Of a DNA stretch of 64,000 nucleotides, positions 29,501 to 38,564 are shown in pieces (position 1 is the stretch's first letter; every line of letters starts with the position of its first letter). Source of the DNA: a virus; IMG/VR virus record IMGVR_UViG_3300005099_000065, positions 1 to 64,000 of that record, one strand, 5' to 3'. Position numbers and translations under genes: made by a program. The notes beneath the pieces are model-generated. The model was not told the origin of the DNA, did not search any database, and saw only the letters and a program-made list of their open reading frames with translations.

Positions 29501-29985
29501 TGACATATGAGAGAAAAGTACCCGTGGTCCACCTCAGAGAAATTGGCGAAAGGATTATTCCATTTGAAACACCATGGGGAATAGAGGAAAGACGAATCAA
29601 AATTTATGAACAATATATCACATATGAAACCAAGACAGAAGTAAAGAAAATCCCAATTGGTTATGAAACACGTAAAGTAATCAAATACTTACAACGACCC
29701 ATAGCATGGAAGGTGAAATATGTGAGACAAACGAGATGGACTCCACTCATATCACCCGAAGAAATGGAGCTTTTACATCCTCAATATCTGCCAGCAGCTT
29801 TGCACAGATTCCATCCTGGTGATTTCCTAGAAGTGTCCTATGGTTCAAAAGCAGAGCTGGTTGAAAAGATTTTACCCGAACAAACATTTGATGTGAATAT
29901 TGAAATAACAGACATAGATGGAACGTATGTAGATGAAAGCCTGAGACCCATTGTGAGACAAATCATGTCCAGCTTGGGAGGTTAA
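26578..29985 (+). CDS. Tape measure protein 2 (diverged paralogue)
   Basis: N-terminal ~250 aa align by eye with TMP1 (RAKNLA; FNR...VAxAxIxxETEVxRRLGVxI); hydrophobic central part. Confidence 0.7.
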   Translation: MAELLLTVRAKNLASPELQRIASVASKPIVPPWLKAVGLFYLGHEFRRLASSYSSVHSQLDVFLVQIATVKKVSLEEASQILFQLRDFARTLPFKTSDVIQAWTLLNSAGFPVGIESLRHIADTAFVFNRTMTDVAQAMISQETEVLRRLGVIIQRGQKSIRVSSKNLNTEIEKSRYALFRAIQQSQKAYEGASSQAYHNVQGLVAIFSSEWWEFLANVRMKGFGDYLMATLTSLLHWVESKRREGTLERWAQRISQTLVSLTALAMKGFRMLLESVIVVGEALRDFLKLIIDFKQAFSLKPTEVRASVPSLTTPDLTLEAEQAVAQMVEALKELCYSNTDFLQQVERRYRENRKLTLQLIQLRAQTTQMASQSNLGTLVEQAEQIKRKQEQLKQAEKLAKKQESYFSKLLDKMKDTAVGLEKSYELEIETYARTNEEQELIRAKFHKLWIEAIEKRTQQIEQFLKDLPGDERQIQEQKLQLVMIHIKELNQLVGSYHEKFLQSPSIAVEAYQSHSVVVIKRAKQLLKVVEDLPYVETGEPYAKLSEIWEKLFMAKVIIIEGKKYEGFFIVLNKLPSDLKTSLSPMVEQLKSTFSVKALQEWWNEVWTSRATQMFFGLFDRLFHAKPAPPSFWNTFKRTLLKALEEAAKKLVAKLLVSLFRITIGELGWFMFSLQGERIVMALLGLFGIDLSPAAQQIAKAGWFTGFVIHPIYGGLVGAFIGALLGKLFDVFGLFRASKTIYRFVGPIYSIYISPRIWMGGGGKGFETAVTVDHLVIPSLGAQFGWKMAVAQRISRVQMYVQQFISSKLGSNIPYAQSAASIAYYRAIVNSNECAPEGYPEAVFISIRNPQEALIKMERFLWRFAVYYIQELVFAQSVFKALPPQQARSTYLQYLHYAVAQARRSLPIVSSSGWARWQERVYSKSLGEASKLVMSAKRERYYTKETYMTQIMTPIKYAPYPYTVIRRVPTGYKTVTYERKVPVVHLREIGERIIPFETPWGIEERRIKIYEQYITYETKTEVKKIPIGYETRKVIKYLQRPIAWKVKYVRQTRWTPLISPEEMELLHPQYLPAALHRFHPGDFLEVSYGSKAELVEKILPEQTFDVNIEITDIDGTYVDESLRPIVRQIMSSLGG

Positions 29986-29987
29986 AT

Positions 29988-30557
29988 ATGGCAACCATAA
30001 ATTTTTTGGTGGAATGGGAAACAGCATGGGAACCACCTCAAGGACCCAAGCTATTGTCCAGAGTGTTAACCAACTTGGACAAGAGGATCTTCACTTCGGG
30101 TTTTTTGGACAGATTTTGGAACAAAGTGGCAAGGAACATTGGCAGAGCAGTGGCTGAGAAATTTGAAACCAAACCAGGTTGGCCTCCATTGAAACCTCGT
30201 TACAGAAAATGGAAAGAGTCAGCTGTGGCTCATGGATGGAAAGTGAAAGTGGGAGTTTTCGGCAAAAAGGTGGCAAAATTCACAGAAATGGGCAAACTGA
30301 CAGGAATCATGTATGAATCGGCTACTCGCAAAAGACGTTGGGCGAACATTTTTGAAATCCGAGACGAACCTCACTTTCGCAAAGCCCATTTCAAATATGC
30401 CATCGACTTAACCAAACTTCCTTATGCTCGCAAATTTGACACCATTCGACCCTTCTTTTACCTCACGGCTGAAGAAGCAAACAAAGTGATGAAAAATCTG
30501 CATTTGATTTGCTGGAGAGAAATGAGAAAAGTGATAAAACAACAAATGGGGGTATGA
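29988..30557 (+). CDS. Virion morphogenesis / tail completion protein (Mu gpG / P2 S-like)
   Basis: WPPLKPRYRKWK...KLTG...YARKF..IRPFF. Confidence 0.65.
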   Translation: MATINFLVEWETAWEPPQGPKLLSRVLTNLDKRIFTSGFLDRFWNKVARNIGRAVAEKFETKPGWPPLKPRYRKWKESAVAHGWKVKVGVFGKKVAKFTEMGKLTGIMYESATRKRRWANIFEIRDEPHFRKAHFKYAIDLTKLPYARKFDTIRPFFYLTAEEANKVMKNLHLICWREMRKVIKQQMGV

Positions 30558-30558
30558 G

Positions 30559-30996
30559 ATGGCAAAAGACACCATCAATTACGTGGAACAAGGAATCGAG
30601 CAAATCAAAACAGTTTTGGAAAGCGAAAAATCATTCATTCAATACAAAGCTTTGCTTTCGTCTGATTCTCCTCACCTGACCAAATACCCTACCATCACCA
30701 TAGAATTTGACAGTGGAGAAGAGGAATGGATATCATTGCCTCGCAAAAAAAGATTACATCTGACTTATGTGGTGACTGTCTATTATGAAGAGTTTTCTGA
30801 AAGCACCAGAAGAGAAAAGGTGAGGCAGTTTTTAAACAATGTAGCAAATGTGTTAAGAGAGAATTATGATTTCAGTGGTTGGGCTTTGTACTCAGACATC
30901 CTGGATGTGACTCCTTACATCATTGCAAGAGGAGAAAAGTTGATAGCAGGAGGAGCGATTCGAATCACATTGCACAAGGATATAAGCATCAGTTAG
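30559..30996 (+). CDS. Tail terminator-like protein
   Basis: YPTITI...TYVVTVY...VANVLREN pattern, size and position. Confidence 0.55.
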   Translation: MAKDTINYVEQGIEQIKTVLESEKSFIQYKALLSSDSPHLTKYPTITIEFDSGEEEWISLPRKKRLHLTYVVTVYYEEFSESTRREKVRQFLNNVANVLRENYDFSGWALYSDILDVTPYIIARGEKLIAGGAIRITLHKDISIS

Positions 30997-31089
30997 CAAC
31001 GAGATGTGTTCAATTTTTGTGTTTAAAAACATTACGCATGTTCTTACATGTACCACTTGGTTTGATGTGTGGGATTTGCTCAAATCTGC

Positions 31090-32601
31090 TTAAAAATGAC
31101 GCCAATATTGAGACGAGCCTGGCTGAGGGTTAGACACGATTGGGGTGTCTACTACTTTTTGGATTTGAACTCGTCGGATTTCTCCCCCTGAATGAGGTAT
31201 TTCATCTTCATTTAGCGGACGTCTCAATCTTTGTTCCACCTCATAATCTGGCTGTTCTTGCCACATCAAAATTATCATTCCCAAAGCACTCAAACAGTCC
31301 AAACTTTTGCCCTTAGCCGTGCGGGAAATGCGAACGCCCATTTGAGTGGTTTCCATAGTGGCATTGCGCAATTCCCAAATCAGTCTTTCATGATATGGGA
31401 AAGATATCAAACCATTTATAAACAAAGATTTCAAAGCAGGAGCTAATCGATAAGGATTGGGCTGGAGAACTTTGGCTTCAATCCCTCGCTGTTGTAGCCT
31501 TTGGTTCAAAAACACACTTTGCCAAGGGTCACTGATCACTGTCAAATCAGGATACCATTCATCTGCCTGTATCACATAATTTTCTATTTCACTGATTTGC
31601 ACTGGGTCCTCTGTGCTTCCCTTCCAAATTTGAATGTCCTCTAAGGCTATGAAGTCATCTTTGGTTTTGGCTACAATGGCCACAGCCAAATCATGAGTCA
31701 AACCCACATCCAAACCCAACCAATAACGGCACAATGGATCTGGTTTTTTAAATCCCCATTGCATATCAGGGTTGACTGCTGATTCTATTAGCTCTGGAGA
31801 CAAAAACTTAGCACCCTGTGTTTTCACCCATTTGTTCAAAATAAGACGTGCAAAAGTAGCATCATCCATATTGTCCCGACAATTACGCAACCAGTTGTCT
31901 GTTATCCAGGGAGGTTTTAACATTGGATTGGTGTAAAGATCCTCTGGTTCCCAATAATACCAGTTGGAAGGACAATTTTTGCGACATTTTTCCCTGATTT
32001 CCCAACAAATCCCTCTCTGGTCTTCACCAGCATTGGTGATGAGAATTCCCTTGGCGTGAGGTTTGATAGCCGAAGCAAACATGGCGTCAAACAGCTTGCG
32101 GTCTGGCTGATTCCAAAATTCATCAAACACGTACAAATCTGGATTGTATTGGTGGGTGAGCTCATATTTGGAACTCAAAACCTTCAATTGAATCCCTCGA
32201 GCAGGAAAGTCTATTTTGCCCACCTTGGCTTCTAAAACACCATGAAAATTCGGGTTGTATTCTATCAGCCTTCTGGCTTTGTTCCAAAGATATGCCGCCT
32301 GCTCTTCAGAACCACCCAAGAAATATCCCTCCCAAGCAGGATATTTCAGCCCATCTAAAAACAATCGAGTAACAGCCTCATATGCAACCAAAGTTGATTT
32401 ACCACTCTTTTTAGGCAACTGAATGTAATAAAGGGAATAACGAGGATCATCCAGCGGCTTTAAAATTTTGCGATATTGCCAGTCAGTAACACAATCTTTC
32501 AACAACTGTCCATTGTCCAAGACCCATTGCTCAAGACGAAACTTCATGTAATTTCTCTTGTATTCTTTGAGTAATTCGGCTGTGATACGAGGTGGACGCA
32601 T
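31090..32601 (-). CDS. terL: Terminase large subunit
   Basis: Walker A PKKSGKST, Walker B YVFDEFW, coupling motif ITNAG, nuclease GLDVGLTHD and DPWQ, LDCLSA. Confidence 0.9.
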   Translation of the reverse strand: MRPPRITAELLKEYKRNYMKFRLEQWVLDNGQLLKDCVTDWQYRKILKPLDDPRYSLYYIQLPKKSGKSTLVAYEAVTRLFLDGLKYPAWEGYFLGGSEEQAAYLWNKARRLIEYNPNFHGVLEAKVGKIDFPARGIQLKVLSSKYELTHQYNPDLYVFDEFWNQPDRKLFDAMFASAIKPHAKGILITNAGEDQRGICWEIREKCRKNCPSNWYYWEPEDLYTNPMLKPPWITDNWLRNCRDNMDDATFARLILNKWVKTQGAKFLSPELIESAVNPDMQWGFKKPDPLCRYWLGLDVGLTHDLAVAIVAKTKDDFIALEDIQIWKGSTEDPVQISEIENYVIQADEWYPDLTVISDPWQSVFLNQRLQQRGIEAKVLQPNPYRLAPALKSLFINGLISFPYHERLIWELRNATMETTQMGVRISRTAKGKSLDCLSALGMIILMWQEQPDYEVEQRLRRPLNEDEIPHSGGEIRRVQIQKVVDTPIVSNPQPGSSQYWRHF

Positions 32602-32619
32602 TTATAATTATTATAAATG
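32599..32619. promoter_or_regulatory. Symmetric divergent promoter joining two start codons (CAT-TTATAAT-T-ATTATAA-ATG)
   Basis: 21-bp inverted repeat; each strand has TATAAT 8 nt before its ATG and no room for an RBS. Confidence 0.6.
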
Positions 32620-34812
32620 GCTATTCAATGGTTACCTGATAACAAGCTGGAAGGAGTTACCAGGCTCACTGATTTAGATGATGAGGTGGTGCTCAATTCT
32701 GTCCCAAACCATGGAACAGAATATCTAAATGATTACAATACAGCCACACTTTGGAGCGCCAAAAGCAAATCAGATGTTGAAATCGTTGCTGATTTGGGTT
32801 CTAGTGTAGCCATCGACACCTGCATAGTGCTGGGCACTTTGAAAAGTGCTGATTCTTTAACAATTGGATATTCGAGCGATGGAACTTATTTCACTGAAGA
32901 ACAAATCTCTAAACCTGTTTATGGAACTGGATTTGGAACACTAGTTGAAACTCAAAGTTATCAGTTTTGGAGATTGAGCATAAACACATCCAATTTGCCA
33001 GCTATAAGAAGGGGCAGAACCAAAGCTAGTTTTGGTAGACCTAGCGAGAATAGATTTGGATTGAATCCCAATGACGACCTTTGGTGGTCTATCGGAAATA
33101 AAATTTGTGATTGGGTACATGAAAGGTTACATCACTTACAAGGAGCAATACGATTCTTATTTGTACCTAAATGGTCAGGCACTAGCTTGGGAACCAAAAC
33201 TTTGTTGTCTATTTGCACTGACTACCATTATTCTTATTTATCCATTTGTAAACTAGGGAATGAAATAGAAGCTCGGATTTATGGAGCAGGAGCAAATTAT
33301 TATTCGACTAAAATTTCAGGTACTTCAATTGTACCTTATGGCACTTATCACTTAGTCTTCACTTGGTGCCAAAGACATGAAGTCATCCCTTCTTATTATA
33401 TGGCTTTGTACTTGAATGGACAATTGGGGACTTACAATGAAGGATCTAAAGCCATTGCCAGGATAGGGCATCTAGATATAGATCTATATTTTAGGCTAGG
33501 TCGAGGAGCTAGAACAGGAGATGGCACTTTTGCTTATGATGGAGATGTAGCTATTGAAAGCTTAGCTGTTGAAGATGAGTGGTGGGGAAGCTCTAAGGTT
33601 GAAAAGGATTATCTTGAAGGAACTCGCACTCTAGTCAGACCTCAACTCAGATTCTTAGCTCCATTCATTGCTCCTGACAGCGAACTGCCAGGGCACTTAG
33701 AAAAAGATCCCGATTATGGGTATGGTTGGGTGGAAAGTGATGCTTTCTATTGGCGACTTTCACAAGAAGAAACTGATTTCATTGCTCGAGTTAATAATAA
33801 AGTTGAAACTTCATGGGAATATGATCAAGAACCAGAACAAATCGGAACTGCTACAAAAGATTTCACCACTAATACAATCAAAAATTATTACGCAATCATT
33901 GGAAGCTTACTAGTACCAACTAGCCAAGGCACTTTAGATGCTGGCTTATCATTTGTCAAGCCAATAAATCCAGGTTACCATTTTGGTCACGTTTGGGTCC
34001 ATACTTCTGACAATCCTTATACAATGAAATACACCTTCAACATTTTTGAAACTGACGGAAGCGTTAGTTTATTTGGAACTGATTTGTTGAAAGGCACTTG
34101 GAATCGTATTGAATATCAGATTTTTGTGGACAGCCAACAAAATTTAAAATGGCGTTTTGGATTATGGGGGACTGTCAATTATTCAGGTACTGGAACATAT
34201 GCAATTATTACCAGTGAGATAACTTTGTACAAAGCCGTCACAGATACAGGCACAGGACATTGGTACAGCAGCGCTGGAACATTTGTGGATATACTTACTT
34301 TAGGCACGGTCAAAAAATGGTATTTTTATAAAGCTGGTACTTGTGGAGTTTGGTATGGAGCACCAAGCGGAACCAAACCAGTCACTCACTGGTGTATGGA
34401 GGTTGGTACTGTGGGACCTACTGTGTTTAATTGGAAAACCAAAAGCGAAAAACATCAAATTTATGAATGGTTTCTAGGTAAGAAAACTGAATTAAGCGAA
34501 AATCCTGAAGCCAATTACAGGTTGATAGATCGTTTTGACGTGGAAAAACAAAAGACCAAAGGTGGAAAATCATTTACATATTTCAGATATTCATATCGCT
34601 CTTGGCAGTTCACTTATTCCACAATCAGCGAGGCAGATAAAGAAACGCTAAGACAAATAGTGAAAAAAGCTAAAGGTCCTTACAAACCGATTTACATGAT
34701 TTTGTTTCCTGACAATCCAGAGCCAATCAGAGTGACATTGGAATCAGAACATGAATGGCAAGACATGATTGGTGGATGGAATTACACTTTAATCTTATCT
34801 GAAGAAAAATGA
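32617..34812 (+). CDS. Tail-tip / distal tail protein with a LamG-like insertion
   Basis: Beta-rich, YHLVFTW...LYLNG LamG-like segment, Dit-like C-terminus; 25 Gly-Thr dipeptides. Confidence 0.65.
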   Translation: MAIQWLPDNKLEGVTRLTDLDDEVVLNSVPNHGTEYLNDYNTATLWSAKSKSDVEIVADLGSSVAIDTCIVLGTLKSADSLTIGYSSDGTYFTEEQISKPVYGTGFGTLVETQSYQFWRLSINTSNLPAIRRGRTKASFGRPSENRFGLNPNDDLWWSIGNKICDWVHERLHHLQGAIRFLFVPKWSGTSLGTKTLLSICTDYHYSYLSICKLGNEIEARIYGAGANYYSTKISGTSIVPYGTYHLVFTWCQRHEVIPSYYMALYLNGQLGTYNEGSKAIARIGHLDIDLYFRLGRGARTGDGTFAYDGDVAIESLAVEDEWWGSSKVEKDYLEGTRTLVRPQLRFLAPFIAPDSELPGHLEKDPDYGYGWVESDAFYWRLSQEETDFIARVNNKVETSWEYDQEPEQIGTATKDFTTNTIKNYYAIIGSLLVPTSQGTLDAGLSFVKPINPGYHFGHVWVHTSDNPYTMKYTFNIFETDGSVSLFGTDLLKGTWNRIEYQIFVDSQQNLKWRFGLWGTVNYSGTGTYAIITSEITLYKAVTDTGTGHWYSSAGTFVDILTLGTVKKWYFYKAGTCGVWYGAPSGTKPVTHWCMEVGTVGPTVFNWKTKSEKHQIYEWFLGKKTELSENPEANYRLIDRFDVEKQKTKGGKSFTYFRYSYRSWQFTYSTISEADKETLRQIVKKAKGPYKPIYMILFPDNPEPIRVTLESEHEWQDMIGGWNYTLILSEEK

Positions 34813-37238
34813 GTGTAGTAGATGAAAGATTGGAAAAAGTAGGCAAAGGCTTAGAGGAAACCAGAGACTTAAGATTGTGTCTCAAATTGAGTATAGGAAC
34901 AATTGTTCGTTACTTCATAGATGGAGAAAAACCCCTAGATTTAAAAGGCACTTATTGCGAACCCAGAATTGTGAATTATTCGCCTTTGACAGAAAATTAC
35001 AACCCTGAGTCTTTGGAATTTCAGATCAGTGACATGAGCTTCAGTCTAGCCAATGGAGATCGTTACTTTTCTCGACACCCATTCAATCACCAATGGTTGA
35101 TTGGAGCCGATGCAAATGTTTTGATTGGTTATGAAGATATTGAATTTTCAAGTTGGAAAAAAATATTGGAAGGCAAAGTCAAGAAAGTGTTCTGGCAAAA
35201 CTCAATATTTCACATAGATATCAGTGACTCACTGAAAAAACTAGATCGACCTGTGCCAGATATAACAGTAGGGACAAATGAATTTCCACAATTAGATCCT
35301 GAATATGAAGGTCGTCCTATTCAATATTTTTGGGGAGATTGGACTAGAGGCACAACTTCATGGCTTTGGTGCTATGATATACCTGCAGGCAATCGGTCAG
35401 GCACTTATTGGACAAGTGGCGGAAATATGGTGTTAGTACATAATGAGGGTACACTATTAATAAGTCCTGACGGATTGAATTGGGAAATAGGAACTGTTGC
35501 TCAGGGAACAAGATTCAGATGTTTGAAGCAATTCGGGACTTTGATTTTTGTAGGAGATGAATATGGAAATATATATAAATTTTCAGATGTCAGAATGAGA
35601 ACATGGACAAAAACTTTTACAGGCACATTTATGACTCAAAACATTGTGTATTCAATGGAAAAAAAGACATTGCTTGGAACGGATTATTTATGGGTTTCTT
35701 TTGGAAATGTTTTAACTAAAACACCAAATGGTTATGACTTTGAAAAAGTATGGAAATTTGATTATCATGTTACAACACTGAAAACAGATGAAGATGAAAA
35801 ATATCTGTATGCAACTCCTTACTACTCCATACAATGTTCTGAAAATGGAACAAGTGGATGGATTGCAGTTGTAGATAATATAACCGATCAATTCTTTTGT
35901 TCAGCTATATTTGGTACAACTGTGTGTTTTGGAGCAAGTAATGCAAAGGTGTACAAAGTCTTTGGAACCAGATTTGCAGTAGAAAAACTAGAGGATTCAT
36001 ACAATCAGGTATGGAGCATGACAAAAAGCTACAAATACCTTTATGCTTGGGTTGCACGTGGCGGTTGGATCAAGCTGTTTCGCAGCGATGGCCAAAAGTG
36101 GGAAAAAATTTACCAAGCCAAACACAGTACACCCGTCTGGCCGTACATAGAATTTTTCAAAAACAAATTGGTTTCTCGTCATTTGGTATGTTACAGAGAA
36201 CCAACCACACCAGGGGGAAACTTTGAAGCCATACCAATTTCAAATAACAGACGAAAATGGCTCATATCTAGACAATACGTAGATAAGCTAGATGTATGGT
36301 TAGGCAAAGTGCAACTCGATTCTACTATGTATTTGTTACGAAGAGGTACTGTCTATAACTTCGGAACCAGAAATTGCTCCTACATTGAATTGTCCGACAA
36401 AATTCCAGATGATGAGATAGGAACTCATGTGGTTACATTTTGTCCTCAGGTTACCAAATATGGAGAAAACGTTTCAGATGTATTGAAAAACATCCTTACA
36501 TGGAATGAATTGGGAGGATTTGCCGAAATTGGAACCACATTTGATGTGGCTAAAAACAACTTTCCAAATGCAAAACTAAACATTTATATGGTTGAACAGA
36601 GAAGGCTAGGACAAATTTTACACGATATAGCCAAACAGACATATGGCATCGTGTATTTTGAAGGAGGAATCCCCCAATTCAGAATATTCAAAGATATAGA
36701 TCAAGAAACAGTTTCAAAGCAAATAGATCAAAATGACATTTTGGAATTTCAGCTTGAAAGAACAATAGATCAAATCACAAATGAAGTTACAATTTATCAC
36801 TCGTACAACGAAGCTCAAAAAATATATCGCTCTATATTGAAAGTGTTGGGCACTGCTGCATATTTAGAATATGGAATCAAACAACCAATCACTATACATG
36901 GCAAATATTTAGTAGGAACGGGTTTTGCATATGATGTAGCTGTTAGATATTTGAATGATTTGCAAGTGGGGTATTATTGTTTGAGGATGAAATTGCCCTT
37001 GAAATACATAGTGTTGCATCTGGGGGATGTGATACAAGTCACATATGATGAGGGACCTAGCCAAGAAGGAGGATTCACAAACAAGAGATTCAGAATGTAT
37101 TCTATTAAAAAGGATTTTGCAGACAATTCAATTGAAATTGAAGCAATTTCTCCAATTGAAATGTATGCTCTGAAAGAAGACTACAAAACCGTACTCAGTA
37201 CAGAAGAACATTTGTTTATAGCAGGAACAACTTACTAG
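34809..37238 (+). CDS. Baseplate hub / tail-associated protein with a beta-propeller-like insertion
   Basis: Hub-like N- and C-termini (ITNEVTI.H.YN; LHLGDVIQVT); 21 Gly-Thr dipeptides. Confidence 0.65.
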   Translation: MSVVDERLEKVGKGLEETRDLRLCLKLSIGTIVRYFIDGEKPLDLKGTYCEPRIVNYSPLTENYNPESLEFQISDMSFSLANGDRYFSRHPFNHQWLIGADANVLIGYEDIEFSSWKKILEGKVKKVFWQNSIFHIDISDSLKKLDRPVPDITVGTNEFPQLDPEYEGRPIQYFWGDWTRGTTSWLWCYDIPAGNRSGTYWTSGGNMVLVHNEGTLLISPDGLNWEIGTVAQGTRFRCLKQFGTLIFVGDEYGNIYKFSDVRMRTWTKTFTGTFMTQNIVYSMEKKTLLGTDYLWVSFGNVLTKTPNGYDFEKVWKFDYHVTTLKTDEDEKYLYATPYYSIQCSENGTSGWIAVVDNITDQFFCSAIFGTTVCFGASNAKVYKVFGTRFAVEKLEDSYNQVWSMTKSYKYLYAWVARGGWIKLFRSDGQKWEKIYQAKHSTPVWPYIEFFKNKLVSRHLVCYREPTTPGGNFEAIPISNNRRKWLISRQYVDKLDVWLGKVQLDSTMYLLRRGTVYNFGTRNCSYIELSDKIPDDEIGTHVVTFCPQVTKYGENVSDVLKNILTWNELGGFAEIGTTFDVAKNNFPNAKLNIYMVEQRRLGQILHDIAKQTYGIVYFEGGIPQFRIFKDIDQETVSKQIDQNDILEFQLERTIDQITNEVTIYHSYNEAQKIYRSILKVLGTAAYLEYGIKQPITIHGKYLVGTGFAYDVAVRYLNDLQVGYYCLRMKLPLKYIVLHLGDVIQVTYDEGPSQEGGFTNKRFRMYSIKKDFADNSIEIEAISPIEMYALKEDYKTVLSTEEHLFIAGTTY

Positions 37239-37248
37239 GAGGCTTAAA

Positions 37249-38325
37249 ATGGCTCGTTTCAAATTTGCTGGAGTTTATTTAGCTAGAAAAGGTGACAAGC
37301 TAGTTGCTGTACCATATGCAGATATAAGCATATATTTAGCTGGAACTGATACTCCAGCTGTTGTATACACATCGGAAACGGGTTCTTACTACATTAGCTC
37401 AGCACCTCAATTGAACACGAATGAAAATGGAGAATTTGAATTTTATGTAGATGACACAGATTATGACTACACACAAAAATTCAAAATTGTGTGTTCAAAA
37501 CCAGGCTATGAAACCAAAACCTGGGATTATGTTTCCATATTTCCATATGCTGGATTCGATGCTCATTCAATTAGAAACGTGAATGTGGTAGATAACTTAA
37601 GTGATGTGATTTCAACCCATGATTTATTGAAATATCAAGGCACTCAGCTTGCTCCTGAAAACATTGACGAAATCTTGATGTCCTATTATAATGCCTCACT
37701 TCATAGTTTATTGTGGTGTGCAGGGGATCAATTTACCCCTGAAAATATAAATGAAATTTTGAAATCTTATTTCAATCCCTCTGACAGCAATGACATATTA
37801 ATATATGATGGCTCGAACTTCACATGTGAGCCTATAAATGCATTAGAAAAGATAACTGAAGTTAATATCAGTTCTACCTGTGATTATGTAGAATTTACAA
37901 ATCTAGATGGGAATTCAGCTTGGTTTTACTGGTTGTTAGTTGTCATCAAAAATCCATCAACAACAAGCTCTCATCTCAACCTCTATGTAAATGGAGACAC
38001 AACTGAATCTAATTACCATTATGCTTATCTTTCTAGCAGTTCAGGAGGAGTAAGTGGGGGTGTAGAAAATCGACCTTCTATATTATATTTTGACTCAGGT
38101 ATAAGAGCACTTTTAAGTATAGTAATTTCTAAAGATGTTGATGGTTACTTTAGGTATATGAGTAGAGGAGTTAGAAAGACAGGTTCTAACATAGTGATAG
38201 ACATTCGTTATGGATGTAGAAATTCAACAATTAGCAATATTACATCTTTAAGAATACAAGGACTTGCCTCAGGAATGATAGGAACGGGTTCAAAGTTTAT
38301 GCTTTTCAAAGCAAGGAGGACATAG
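37249..38325 (+). CDS. Tail fibre / receptor-binding protein
   Basis: N-terminal ISIYLAGT...TNENGEFEFYVD attachment domain, three LLxYxGxxFxPExI-like repeats, C-terminal binding-type domain. Confidence 0.7.
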   Translation: MARFKFAGVYLARKGDKLVAVPYADISIYLAGTDTPAVVYTSETGSYYISSAPQLNTNENGEFEFYVDDTDYDYTQKFKIVCSKPGYETKTWDYVSIFPYAGFDAHSIRNVNVVDNLSDVISTHDLLKYQGTQLAPENIDEILMSYYNASLHSLLWCAGDQFTPENINEILKSYFNPSDSNDILIYDGSNFTCEPINALEKITEVNISSTCDYVEFTNLDGNSAWFYWLLVVIKNPSTTSSHLNLYVNGDTTESNYHYAYLSSSSGGVSGGVENRPSILYFDSGIRALLSIVISKDVDGYFRYMSRGVRKTGSNIVIDIRYGCRNSTISNITSLRIQGLASGMIGTGSKFMLFKARRT

Positions 38326-38327
38326 TT

Positions 38328-38564
38328 ATGAAATTGAAAGGAATACAAGCAGATGTGAGGGATGGGCAAATAAGGGAAGTGTACGAGGAAATCTCAGATG
38401 AAGAATACCAAAAAAGACAACAATTCATAGACAAGTTGGCAAAGCAAGAACAAATAAAAAATTTGATTTCTCAAAAAATGAATGAGCTATTAAAACAAAT
38501 GGCTATAGAAGAATTGATAAAAGAAGGCAAAATCAAACCAGAAGATCTAGAAGAAATCCAATGA
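38328..38564 (+). CDS. Small fibre-associated protein (chaperone-like)
   Basis: Position after the fibre gene; charged helix. Confidence 0.5.
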   Translation: MKLKGIQADVRDGQIREVYEEISDEEYQKRQQFIDKLAKQEQIKNLISQKMNELLKQMAIEELIKEGKIKPEDLEEIQ

